Counted from the stretch's first letter, positions 31,185 through 40,592 are shown. The stretch: DNA of 64,000 nt from an uncultured Candidatus Saccharibacteria bacterium (GCA_965230915.1 OZ246395.1:472935-536934); one strand, 5' to 3'. Numbers and translations: made by a program. Notes: generated by a model not told the origin, from the letters alone.

Positions 31185-31742
31185 CTAGTTCTCCCTGCTA
31201 TATTTCAAAGTTACTTTTCCAGAGTTATCATACATAGTCAACACATTACCAGATATTTCAAAAGTTGTTGAATTCGATAAATTCCGCATAAACTCAGACT
31301 CACTAGTATCTCTTGTAATACCACAAGATTTAAATGTCATTCCAAGTGGTCCTACTGAAACTGTATTACCGGTCGAACTATATGATCCAAAATAATTGTT
31401 ACATCCGCCAGATCCGTCTATCCGGTTAGTTGTAAAATTTGAATCCGCTCCAGAATCTGAAGGGACCTTAACTTCTCGACTATTTTTATCTGAATAACTT
31501 ACTAAGCTCCACTGTGTGTTTTCTAGTTGATTGGGCAATATTTCTCTGACCTCATTATTTGTAGAATCAGATTCATTGGCAGATGTATCATCTGCTGGAG
31601 TTATAGGTGTTGGCATCGAATCTGGACGCATAAAATAATATATTGCGCCTAAAAGAACCAATATACCAACTCCGACGGCTATCATTGTTCCTGCATTTGA
31701 TTTTGCATCTTCTAATTGCGGAAAATCTGGAGTGTCGGACAT
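31185..31742 (-). CDS. META domain (HslJ-like) membrane protein
   Basis: LENTQWSLVS, GSGGCNNYFGSY, GMTFKSC. Confidence 0.88.
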   Translation of the reverse strand: MSDTPDFPQLEDAKSNAGTMIAVGVGILVLLGAIYYFMRPDSMPTPITPADDTSANESDSTNNEVREILPNQLENTQWSLVSYSDKNSREVKVPSDSGADSNFTTNRIDGSGGCNNYFGSYSSTGNTVSVGPLGMTFKSCGITRDTSESEFMRNLSNSTTFEISGNVLTMYDNSGKVTLKYSREN

Positions 31743-31757
31743 AATTCCACCTTATAC

Positions 31758-32954
31758 TTATTGTCCAAGGATGTAAAGTTCTTCTTCTGCTCGTGTAATT
31801 CCAGTGTAGAGCCAGCGTTTCCACATTGAATCATCGGTGTTTTTGAATCTCTCTTCGAATAAGATTACTTTTTTTGCCTGACTACCCTGAGCTTTATGAA
31901 CTGTAAGGGCATATCCGAAATCAAATAAGTCGGCATCACCAATAGTTCGGCGCATGTCTGTAAAATTTAGACTTTGAGGATTATTAAATTGCGCCTTAAA
32001 AATTTGCCCTTTATATAAACCCTTTTGGCCATCCATTCTAATCTCGACTTCATAAACTGGAGACATTTCGTTCTGATCTGTAATTTTTTCGATGGTTCCT
32101 AGCATGCCGTTTGCAATTTCTTTTGCATGATTATTTCTAAGACAAATTACACGGTCACCTACCTGAGGAGTTTGTTCATAGATTTCTAAAGCATTTCTAA
32201 TAAAATTATTAAGTTTTATTCGCGTATTGTTATATCCGCATAAAACTAATGTGCTTGTTGTATATGCACGAAGATGATCCATCATAATTTCTGAAGATTC
32301 ATAATCTGCACGTGAGAATTTCATAACTGTGTCTGACTGTTTACCAATTGGGATTATTCCGTCGCTTCGAGCAATTGTTGCGATATGAATTATTGGATTT
32401 CCTTCTGCCTGGCGATGAATTCTTTCTAATTTGATTTGAGGATTAGACATTAAATTAAAATTTCCATTTATTGGTGGAAGTTGTCCATGATCGCCAACTG
32501 CAATTATAGGAACATCAAATGAAAGCAAATCATTCCAAATTTTTTCGTCGACCATTGAAGCCTCGTCGATAATTATTAAATCGGCATCAAGTTCTTCTTT
32601 TAATTTCCACCCAGTGATTTCTTCCTTGTCGTTGACCTGCGGGGAATATATTAAAGAATGAATTGTGCTAACTGTATCTTTTAAAAAACTTGAATGATTG
32701 TCGTCTATTTTGGCTTGTAAGACTCTTGTAGCTTTGCCGGTATAACTTACAAACGCAACTTTTAATCCCTTTTGAATTTGATTTAGCTCTTTTCGAAAAA
32801 TAGAAATTAAAGTTGTTTTACCAGTACCAGCGTATCCTCCTAAAGTTATAAATTGGGATCTCTTTGGAGATTTATACCATTCTAACAATAGCTTAAGCGC
32901 TTTTTCTTGGTCTTCTGACAGTTCGATTTTTTTGTTTGGAGTTTGGCTTGGCAC
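31758..32954 (-). CDS. RecD/Dda-like SF1B DNA helicase
   Basis: GYAGTGKT, IIDEASMV, GDHGQLPP, YALTVHKAQGS, LYTGITRA. Confidence 0.92.
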   Translation of the reverse strand: MPSQTPNKKIELSEDQEKALKLLLEWYKSPKRSQFITLGGYAGTGKTTLISIFRKELNQIQKGLKVAFVSYTGKATRVLQAKIDDNHSSFLKDTVSTIHSLIYSPQVNDKEEITGWKLKEELDADLIIIDEASMVDEKIWNDLLSFDVPIIAVGDHGQLPPINGNFNLMSNPQIKLERIHRQAEGNPIIHIATIARSDGIIPIGKQSDTVMKFSRADYESSEIMMDHLRAYTTSTLVLCGYNNTRIKLNNFIRNALEIYEQTPQVGDRVICLRNNHAKEIANGMLGTIEKITDQNEMSPVYEVEIRMDGQKGLYKGQIFKAQFNNPQSLNFTDMRRTIGDADLFDFGYALTVHKAQGSQAKKVILFEERFKNTDDSMWKRWLYTGITRAEEELYILGQ

Positions 32955-32977
32955 TAATTTATATTACAAGATAAAGC

Positions 32978-33022
32978 TGGTAAGTGAAGTTCGCAATTGT
33001 GTTGATGCGGCTTCACTTACCA
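32978..33022 (-). terminator. Hairpin terminator of the small two-gene cassette
   Basis: TGGTAAGTGAAG...CTTCACTTACCA 12-bp stem. Confidence 0.65.
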
Positions 33023-33037
33023 TTCTGCATGTGAACA

Positions 33038-33148
33038 TTAATCAGCAATTCCGATTGAATCGCTGACTTCAACAAAACCAAAACTGACCTGCACCGTAAC
33101 TACCGCTGTAATCGCGATTAGAAGCAACAATGCGGCTATTTTCCTCAC
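33038..33148 (-). CDS. Small hydrophobic peptide, 36 aa (below ORF-track cutoff)
   Basis: AAGGAGG SD, GTG start, MRKIAALLLLIAITAVVTVQVSFGFVEVSDSIGIAD. Confidence 0.6.
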   Translation of the reverse strand: MRKIAALLLLIAITAVVTVQVSFGFVEVSDSIGIAD

Positions 33149-33160
33149 GCTGGCCTCCTT

Positions 33161-33418
33161 TTATAAGAGTCGATTAACATAGTTCGCTACTTCAATTGTG
33201 TGATTTAGCGCATTTCTTAATGCTATTCGCCCGGCAGCGGTATCCATGTCCATTTGATAAATTTTGAGTAAGGATTGTCTGTCAAAACAAGCCTCAACGA
33301 CCTCATACACTTTATCTTTATCTAGATCTGGCCACTGAGCTTCAATAGAACGTGCGTATAACTCACGCAATTCCGGAATGCTTACATCTGCAGCTTCCTC
33401 TTGCACATCGCCTTTCAT
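33161..33418 (-). CDS. Hypothetical protein, 85 aa
   Basis: GAAAGGA SD before ATG at 33418; helical soluble sequence. Confidence 0.6.
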   Translation of the reverse strand: MKGDVQEEAADVSIPELRELYARSIEAQWPDLDKDKVYEVVEACFDRQSLLKIYQMDMDTAAGRIALRNALNHTIEVANYVNRLL

Positions 33419-33500
33419 GCTGGAATCCTTTCGAATTGAAAGAACCACACATTAACAGTTAGCTTGATTGTATTCTTCTTTTAAATATTTTCAATAAATT

Positions 33501-35033
33501 TTACCTGCTCTTTGGAGTATAGAAAGTGACCTTTGGCATTTCGCCAAACATCATTCGGGTTTCGGCATAAAGCCATGGGATAAAGGAAAAGGTTAAAAGG
33601 TTAATCATAATAATTGGGCCCTCTAAATAAACCAAAATTTTCTTCCATAGATTCCATCCGCCAGGGCGGCTGTCTTCGTATAATTTGTATTTAACGTATC
33701 CGACTGGAATAAAACTAATAAGTGTTAAGGTCAAAATTAAACTTAAAACGTTTGGCAATGCATAAACAGTAGATGAATTTCTGAATGTAACGTTAACTAG
33801 GGTAACTAATGAGAATCCAAATGTAATCAAAAAAACGCTAGTGCGCAAAAGTAAATGACGTTCTAGTTTTGAAAAAACCCAGAGAACTTTATCTTCAATA
33901 TTTGTTTCACGTCGTAATGTTTTCACCATATATTTCATGGCAATAACCGAAGTTACACTTCCCCAGCCCCATCTTACTAATTGTTTATATAAATTCTTGT
34001 GCGCATTTAAATAAGAAGTCCCGCCTGTCGCATCTCCATAGATTGGTATATAGAATTTTTCGCTAGAAAAATCACCGCGACGAGCATACAAAGCTCTCCA
34101 ATAAAAAACTGTGTCGTCGATCATAGTTGTATCCCAATAATCTGCAGCCACTAAAGTGTCTAGCGCACATGAATAGCACGAAAATGATTCCTTATATAAA
34201 GGAGATGAAGTCCAATTTGAAAGCATTCCTAAAGTAATGTTGTGAGACTCGATCCGAGATAAAATTGGAACGCTCCAAACATTATTGCTAAACAAATGCA
34301 CAACTGTTTCGTAGAAACGATTAAAACGTTTACCGTCGGTTAAATATGCATAAGTTAAACGGGGCAAAAATTCTTTGTGCAAAAGCCAATCTGAATCATA
34401 TGTAGTGAAGATATAATTTTTTATATCCTCCCCTTCTTTTTTTAATGCTTCAACTGCATGAACTGCACCCCATTTTCGATTCGGAGATGCAACTCCAACG
34501 ATTTCACCAGGAATTCCGCGAGGATGAATAAATTGCATGATTCGAGGCAATTTATCTCCATACTCTTTTCTAACTTGGTCTAGTGCTTCCGTAACCTCCG
34601 CCTCACCAATTTCTTCGGTACTAACAACAACGAGAATATTCTCTTTAGGATAATTTGAGTTTACTAGAGCGCGAAATGTATCTTTTAGAATCGCAAAACT
34701 TTCTTTAACAGTCGGAATTAAAATTAAGTGCTTTGTATTTTTTAGACTATCAGGTAGTGATTCTTTATTTGGAAGGTCATCAAAGTTAAGCTCTTCACAT
34801 TTTTTATACCAGTCGATAGCGGTTTCTTTTTTAAAAATTAAATAACCACGAACTAAGCCGACCGCATGTGCGAAAGCCAAATACACCCAATAAACTGCAA
34901 TAAAAGTAAGTAAAAATGCGGCAGCTCGAGGGGCTAAAAATCCTAGCCATATTGGCATTAATATCATTACCCAGGAAGTAAAACCTGGTACAAACATTAA
35001 AAATCTATCTAAGGGGTCCTTCGGATTAATCAT
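33501..35033 (-). CDS. GT2-family multi-TM glycosyltransferase
   Basis: ILIPTVKE, YDSD (DxD), DD, QLVRWGWG (QxxRW). Confidence 0.85.
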   Translation of the reverse strand: MINPKDPLDRFLMFVPGFTSWVMILMPIWLGFLAPRAAAFLLTFIAVYWVYLAFAHAVGLVRGYLIFKKETAIDWYKKCEELNFDDLPNKESLPDSLKNTKHLILIPTVKESFAILKDTFRALVNSNYPKENILVVVSTEEIGEAEVTEALDQVRKEYGDKLPRIMQFIHPRGIPGEIVGVASPNRKWGAVHAVEALKKEGEDIKNYIFTTYDSDWLLHKEFLPRLTYAYLTDGKRFNRFYETVVHLFSNNVWSVPILSRIESHNITLGMLSNWTSSPLYKESFSCYSCALDTLVAADYWDTTMIDDTVFYWRALYARRGDFSSEKFYIPIYGDATGGTSYLNAHKNLYKQLVRWGWGSVTSVIAMKYMVKTLRRETNIEDKVLWVFSKLERHLLLRTSVFLITFGFSLVTLVNVTFRNSSTVYALPNVLSLILTLTLISFIPVGYVKYKLYEDSRPGGWNLWKKILVYLEGPIIMINLLTFSFIPWLYAETRMMFGEMPKVTFYTPKSR

Positions 35034-35076
35034 GGGATAAATGCTTTTACTATTATATCATTACTAAGTACTGCCT

Positions 35077-36342
35077 ATGACTGACGAAATTTCTTCTATA
35101 AACCCAGATATTGAACAAAGTGAAAATCAACCTGATAACAAATTTTCAAGGCGTGATTTTGGAAAACTAGCATTTGGAGCGGGTGTTGCTCTAGCTTCGG
35201 CGGCAACGAAGGCTGCCATTTATCAGCAATCTGATCCAACTTTTAATAGTCATGTGAGTACACTATTAGAAGATACAGCTCGAATGGCGGCTACTGATCC
35301 TGAGTACCAACCTTCTGAGTATTCAAGTTTATACAATGAACATGCTTCATTTATTGCCTCAACAGAAGGAGAATGGACTGACATTTTAGCTCCGGGGTTA
35401 GACAAATTTTTCGGATTATATTTTGGAAAGTCTCTGGCTGAAGGTCTAACTACAATGCAACCAATAGCAGCTGATATGAATGTAGATTCACGAAATTTAG
35501 TTTTGGCTGCATCTTTTTGGGGAGGAGAAAAAATTAGAACTGAAGACAGAGTTTTGCTTGAGGATGCTACAAATCTTGCTCAAACCACAATAGCAGCCGA
35601 GCTCGACAATAACATTATAGATAAAAGTTTAGGCACTATTAACCCTAACCTAAAGGCGATTCAAAGTATTTATAGTTCGAGCGCTTTAGATGGTGTTATT
35701 CCAGATTATTTAAGAAAAATTGGATCTAAACGCGTTAGGTCGGTAGGTCCCAATGATGCATCTGCAGAGGTAAACGCACACGCAGTCGCTGCCGTCATAG
35801 AAAATGAGCGGCTAGGAAAAAACTATTTTGGAAATGATTTTTCAAGACAGGCTGAAGTAGTCACACAGTTATCTGCAGAATTAAAAGACGAACGTACCGT
35901 AGGAATTCCATCAAAAGTAACTTCTGATAATTTTGTAAGTTCCGCAAGAAATCTTGAGGCACAAATCGTAGATCAGCAAAGAGACTTAGATTTTGGGTTA
36001 AAGCTTTTTACCGCAAACATTAGGTATCGTGAATATTTAATTCAACGCGAACTTGGAATCGAAAGCTTCGATGATCTGGACGAGGAACAAAGAGCTATAG
36101 AAGAGCTAATTTTATTAGCATCGCTAGATGACTACCCTAATTCACGAATGGCTCATTATAACGAGCACATAGACGGACAATTTAGTAAACCGGAAGATAT
36201 TATCCCAGCTGTTGCCAATGATTTAAAGGAAACTGATTATATAGATATGGAAACCACTCTCGATCCTTCAAATTGGGACCCTTCGGTTCAGGGTAAAATT
36301 GATTTCTTACACCGCCTTCGAGACGCTGCGGCTCAAAATTAA
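35077..36342 (+). CDS. Hypothetical exported protein with twin-arginine-like signal
   Basis: FSRRDFGKLAFGAGVALASAA. Confidence 0.72.
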   Translation: MTDEISSINPDIEQSENQPDNKFSRRDFGKLAFGAGVALASAATKAAIYQQSDPTFNSHVSTLLEDTARMAATDPEYQPSEYSSLYNEHASFIASTEGEWTDILAPGLDKFFGLYFGKSLAEGLTTMQPIAADMNVDSRNLVLAASFWGGEKIRTEDRVLLEDATNLAQTTIAAELDNNIIDKSLGTINPNLKAIQSIYSSSALDGVIPDYLRKIGSKRVRSVGPNDASAEVNAHAVAAVIENERLGKNYFGNDFSRQAEVVTQLSAELKDERTVGIPSKVTSDNFVSSARNLEAQIVDQQRDLDFGLKLFTANIRYREYLIQRELGIESFDDLDEEQRAIEELILLASLDDYPNSRMAHYNEHIDGQFSKPEDIIPAVANDLKETDYIDMETTLDPSNWDPSVQGKIDFLHRLRDAAAQN

Positions 36343-36852
36343 AATTCTTAAGTCTTTTCCAAACCAATTGATTGTTAATTTTTCAAACCAATTTCTATGT
36401 TTAGACCAATAGTGAAAAGCTTTTCCTAAAACTGTAACTACATTTTTGATTTCCTTTTCCAAAGTAAAATCATCGTTTACCGGCAAGAAAATGTTTTTAT
36501 TATTCACTTGGCATTCAACATTTTCTTTATTTATGATTTCACAAAACCATTTCGCCATATGTTCACTATTTAATGTTACCTGCATATAGCCGTTATTTAG
36601 TGATTTATGTTTATACGGAACTATCATATTAAATGCACGTTCGATTTCGGTTACTGCATTTTTATAATTTTCTGAATTAAAATCATTTGAAGTTCCTTTG
36701 CTGTTTAGCATATCACCTCTATGTGGAGGGCCCCCTTCAATCGCTAAATTGCAATAGCTGTCCCACATTTTATTCCATGCTACGTTTCCATTTTCATCAT
36801 ACACAAACGGGGCCGAAGCCATTGGGACATTTTTGCTAGGTTGAGGGGTCAT
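36307..36852 (-). CDS. Conserved-looking hypothetical protein (C.LA..GGPPHRG motif)
   Basis: PMASAPF...WDSYCNLAIEGGPPHRG...KEIKNVVTV..K..HYW. Confidence 0.75.
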   Translation of the reverse strand: MTPQPSKNVPMASAPFVYDENGNVAWNKMWDSYCNLAIEGGPPHRGDMLNSKGTSNDFNSENYKNAVTEIERAFNMIVPYKHKSLNNGYMQVTLNSEHMAKWFCEIINKENVECQVNNKNIFLPVNDDFTLEKEIKNVVTVLGKAFHYWSKHRNWFEKLTINWFGKDLRILILSRSVSKAV

Positions 36853-36888
36853 AATTTCTTAACTATAAGTTATAATCATTATACACGC

Positions 36889-38712
36889 ATGGAAAAAGCA
36901 TCCACCATCATAAAACTTAAAAAGGGGGCTAAGGAGATAGCCATATTTTTTAATACCTTAGCAAAAACATTAAAATTAGGCTATGAAATTGCACCTATTG
37001 CTACTGTACTTTACTCATTTACATATGTGGTTATTTATCTAACCCCAATTGGAATAAATTATCTTCAGAGTTTATTAATTGACCGATTGGTTTTGTCTGC
37101 TGTCGAAAAAACTCTTACTCGCGATGCGACACTGATTGTGTCAATATTTTTAACTGCGTTCTTTTTAAGAACTATCGTTGCTCTTTATAGCGATTTCATT
37201 GAGAGCAAAATCATTTTTGACTTCGATAAAAAAATTGATTTAAGCATAATTAACAAATATTCCCAGCTCGATCTTGAATATTTCGAAGACCCCAAAACAA
37301 GCGATCTATTGCAAAAAGTCTCAAGCAATGAATACAAAGCTCGAATGTTATATATCACGACACAATACTTAATTGGAGATTTTGCGGCTTTAATTGCAAG
37401 CATAGGAATTGTACTTACTTTTTCTCCTTTTATTTTGTTTCTGATTATTATTTCTAATATTCCAACGTTAATAGCCGAGGGAAAACTTGGTAAAAGTATA
37501 TGGGGAATTTGGGATTACAAACCCGAAGATTTTAGAAACCAAAGTTGGACACGAGATATTTTGATTAGACAAAATTCTTTAAAAGAAGTTCGCGTTTTTA
37601 GAGCTAGGAACTTTTTATATAGCATAGTTGAAAAGCTTTTTAATGAATTTATTGAGTATCAAGTAAATGTAGAAAAGAAGCGCTTTAAATACGAAATAAT
37701 TTTAAGAGGAATACCATTTTTAGTTTTTGCTTATAGCTTTTATTTTTTAGTGAATCAGGTTGTCGCAGGAATTATTACAATTGGGCTTTTTACCTTTTAT
37801 TTTTCAACGTTAAATACTTTTTCTTCAACCTTAAACTCTATGTTTAAACGGTTTACCACTTTATACGAAAATGCGCTTTTTGTTAGTGACTACTTTAAAA
37901 TAATGAACCTGCCTAAATTAGTTAAAGATGGAGAAGTAGTTTTAGAGCCAAATACATCTCCTACAATTGAATTTAAAAATGTCGATTTTAAATATCCACA
38001 CTCGAGTCAATATGTTTTTAAAGGATTTAATTTAGAAATAAAGCCTGGCGAACATATTGCAATTGTTGGAGAAAATGGAGCCGGTAAATCTACATTGATA
38101 AATTTGTTATTGAGGTTTTACGACGCTACAGACGGATCTATTTTAATTAATGGAACTGATCTAAAAGACTTTAAACTTGACTCTTATTATAAAAACATCG
38201 CGCTACTAGGTCAGGATTTTGCTAAATATCACTATGATGCAAAAACAAATATTGGACTTGGGAATATTGAACATATAAATAATCTTCTTGCAATAATAGA
38301 AGCTTCAAAATTTAGCGGGTCAGACAAATTTATTGAAAAATATGAGAAAGGCTATGATCAGATTTTAAATAAACAATTTACTGGTGGAATAGAGCCAAGC
38401 GAAGGTCAATGGCAAAAGATTGCGTTATCAAGGGCATTCTATAAAGATGCTCCAATTTTGATTCTAGATGAACCGACAAGTGCAATTGATCCAAAAGCTG
38501 AATCAGAAATCTTTGAAAGATTGTTCACGTACGCAAAAGATAAAACTGTAATAATTATTTCTCATAGATTCAGTACTGTACGAAACGCAGATAGAATTTT
38601 AGTTATGAACGAAGGACGAATTGTCGAAGAAGGGTCTCACTCAGAACTTGTTGCGTTGAACGGAATTTATAAAGAAGCTTACGATTTACAGAAAAAAGGA
38701 TATTTGGATTAA
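36889..38712 (+). CDS. Fused ABC exporter (permease plus ATPase)
   Basis: TM domain, GENGAGKST, SEGQWQ, ILDEPT, ISHR. Confidence 0.93.
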   Translation: MEKASTIIKLKKGAKEIAIFFNTLAKTLKLGYEIAPIATVLYSFTYVVIYLTPIGINYLQSLLIDRLVLSAVEKTLTRDATLIVSIFLTAFFLRTIVALYSDFIESKIIFDFDKKIDLSIINKYSQLDLEYFEDPKTSDLLQKVSSNEYKARMLYITTQYLIGDFAALIASIGIVLTFSPFILFLIIISNIPTLIAEGKLGKSIWGIWDYKPEDFRNQSWTRDILIRQNSLKEVRVFRARNFLYSIVEKLFNEFIEYQVNVEKKRFKYEIILRGIPFLVFAYSFYFLVNQVVAGIITIGLFTFYFSTLNTFSSTLNSMFKRFTTLYENALFVSDYFKIMNLPKLVKDGEVVLEPNTSPTIEFKNVDFKYPHSSQYVFKGFNLEIKPGEHIAIVGENGAGKSTLINLLLRFYDATDGSILINGTDLKDFKLDSYYKNIALLGQDFAKYHYDAKTNIGLGNIEHINNLLAIIEASKFSGSDKFIEKYEKGYDQILNKQFTGGIEPSEGQWQKIALSRAFYKDAPILILDEPTSAIDPKAESEIFERLFTYAKDKTVIIISHRFSTVRNADRILVMNEGRIVEEGSHSELVALNGIYKEAYDLQKKGYLD

Positions 38713-39035
38713 TCCTCTTTAACAATTACGTTTTCTAAATCAGATTTTGTAGCAATAATTACGCTAGCAGTTTTATTTCCCTGATCGATTAATTTATATA
38801 ACCGATGTCGGCCATCAATCAAAAGGTTTTCTTCATTAATTATTAAAGGATACTGTGTGTCGGCTTTTTCATACCTTTTAGATGAAAATCCTGACTTTTT
38901 GCTTCGACTAGGTCCCTTAATAAGACTAATGCCTATATTTATTGGAGCTCTGCTTTCTAGGTTCTCGATTAATTTAAAAATATCTATTGTTGTTCCATCC
39001 TGAAAAGTCTTTGTATGAGTGTGTGTATGAGACAT
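38709..39035 (-). CDS. Small ParB/sulfiredoxin-like domain protein
   Basis: ADTQYPLII...LIDGRHRL. Confidence 0.72.
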   Translation of the reverse strand: MSHTHTHTKTFQDGTTIDIFKLIENLESRAPINIGISLIKGPSRSKKSGFSSKRYEKADTQYPLIINEENLLIDGRHRLYKLIDQGNKTASVIIATKSDLENVIVKED

Positions 39036-39045
39036 TTAATTTATA

Positions 39046-39122
39046 TGGTCGGGGAGACTGGACTTGAACCAGTGACCTCCGCTTCCCAAAAGCGGCGCGC
39101 TAGCCAACTGCGCTACACCCCG
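39046..39122 (-). tRNA. tRNA-Pro(TGG)
   Basis: CGGGGTG...CCGCT-TTTGGGA-AGCGG...CTCCCCG-A-CCA. Confidence 0.96.
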
Positions 39123-39136
39123 ATAGGTGTTTCCAG

Positions 39137-39171
39137 CGGGGTGTTAGCGAACGTAGTGAGCGTCCACCCCG
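39137..39171. repeat. REP-like hairpin with arms matching the tRNA-Pro 5' end
   Basis: CGGGGTG-ttagcgaacgtagtgagcgtc-CACCCCG. Confidence 0.6.
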
Positions 39172-39227
39172 AGTGTTTTTGTGGGTCTTTAACGAGTAAT
39201 AACTATATATCAGAATTGATAAATTTA

Positions 39228-39413
39228 CTAGCCACGAACGTTAATTCCGAATCCTCTTAGTATACTGGCGATTACTCCCCAGACTACTTTTAAGAGAAGA
39301 GTTATAAGGTAAACAATTACCCTAATTAGCTGAACTAAAGCAAATTCTGCTCTTTTTATCCATTTACCTTTTTGCTGTTCTAACTCGTATTCTTGATCTG
39401 ATGTATATGCCAT
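39228..39413 (-). CDS. Small membrane-associated protein, 61 aa
   Basis: ATG 6 nt after TATAAT; amphipathic/hydrophobic helix. Confidence 0.65.
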   Translation of the reverse strand: MAYTSDQEYELEQQKGKWIKRAEFALVQLIRVIVYLITLLLKVVWGVIASILRGFGINVRG

Positions 39414-39512
39414 TTCTTAATTATACTAAGTTTGGGATTTTTGCACTATACAAAAGATCGGTAAATTAGCTAAAATATCAGACATACAAGTGCCTTTGGG
39501 CGCTTTGCATCG

Positions 39513-39596
39513 GCCGCGGTGGTGGAATGGTAGACACGCACGACTTAAAATCGTGTACCGCGAGGTGTGAGAGTTCGACTCTCTCCCGCGGCACCA
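39513..39596 (+). tRNA. tRNA-Leu(TAA)
   Basis: GCCGCGG...CACGA-CTTAAAA-TCGTG, long V arm, ACCA. Confidence 0.97.
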
Positions 39597-39720
39597 AATT
39601 CTTCGCAAGAGGGATTAGCGAGCGACTAGAATTTGGGGTGCAGGCATAGCTCGGCCACCAGTTCATTTTTCTATAATCTCCCCTGCTTCGTCATATTGCT
39701 ATATAATTACTCAGTATTTT

Positions 39721-39797
39721 GCATCCGTAGCTCAATTGGATAGAGCGTTTGTCTTCGGAACAAAAGGTTGCAGGTTCGATTCCTGCCGGGTGCACCA
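39721..39797 (+). tRNA. tRNA-Arg(TCG)
   Basis: GCATCCG...TTTGT-CTTCGGA-ACAAA...CGGGTGC-A-CCA. Confidence 0.96.
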
Positions 39798-39819
39798 TGC
39801 CAATTATTTGGAGTTGAAT

Positions 39820-40464
39820 ATGAACGAACTAGATCTGATCAAAGAATCCTTACAAAACGAATTAGAAAACCCACAAAATTACGAAAATTTAATCCACCAA
39901 AGCGCATCGAATATCGCCAATTTGCTTATAATGAAGCCAATCTTTGATAGCTTAAGTACTAGAATTGCGGATCTTAAGAAACGCAACCTTCTTAAGAGAA
40001 ACTATAAAAAAATTCTAAAAAGCAGTCTAATAGAGCTTATAAAAATGCTCGACCATCCAAACTTAAATGAAGATAATGCATTGTTAATTGAGAAATTGAT
40101 AATGGTTTCTTTATCGAAAGAGTCAAAACCAAGTGAGGAACTACTATCATACGAATATTTTAAAATTGCCAAAAACCTGACAGGGAGTGAAATCATAGTT
40201 TTGAACGCCGCAAAGGAACGCTTATACGAGGGTAAATTACGAGACAAAATCGATATAGACGACGTTTATCGCGAGATAGCCGAAATCAGTGACCTAAAAT
40301 TTGTTGTTTTAGTTGCGGATATTGTTCAAAAACTCGCAGAAAAGAAGTTATTTAAAGACAGAAACTCAGCATATTTATATAATACTGACGAAAATTATCT
40401 TTTTACAGATTTAGGGCTATCTTTTATGGAATATTTGGATGCTTACGACACTCTATTTAAGTAG
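39820..40464 (+). CDS. Hypothetical protein, Abi-alpha/DUF4393-like (C-terminal winged helix)
   Basis: Real start follows the tRNA (ORF-track start lies inside tRNA-Arg); KNLTGSEIIVL and FTDLGLSFM patterns. Confidence 0.6.
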   Translation: MNELDLIKESLQNELENPQNYENLIHQSASNIANLLIMKPIFDSLSTRIADLKKRNLLKRNYKKILKSSLIELIKMLDHPNLNEDNALLIEKLIMVSLSKESKPSEELLSYEYFKIAKNLTGSEIIVLNAAKERLYEGKLRDKIDIDDVYREIAEISDLKFVVLVADIVQKLAEKKLFKDRNSAYLYNTDENYLFTDLGLSFMEYLDAYDTLFK

Positions 40465-40516
40465 TTTAATTTACTATATAATTTAACGGTTCAAAATTGC
40501 CATTTAATGCCCCTTC

Positions 40517-40592
40517 GGGCGCGTAGCTCAATTGGCAGAGCAACTGGCTCTTAACCAGTAGGTTACAGGTTCGATTCCTGTCGCGCTCACCA
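40517..40592 (+). tRNA. tRNA-Lys(CTT)
   Basis: GGGCGCG...ACTGG-CTCTTAA-CCAGT...CGCGCTC-A-CCA. Confidence 0.97.

Noticed and set aside
39015-39666. ORFs 39015-39260, 39426-39608 and 39478-39666
   Set aside because: Shadows of tRNA-Pro and tRNA-Leu(TAA)
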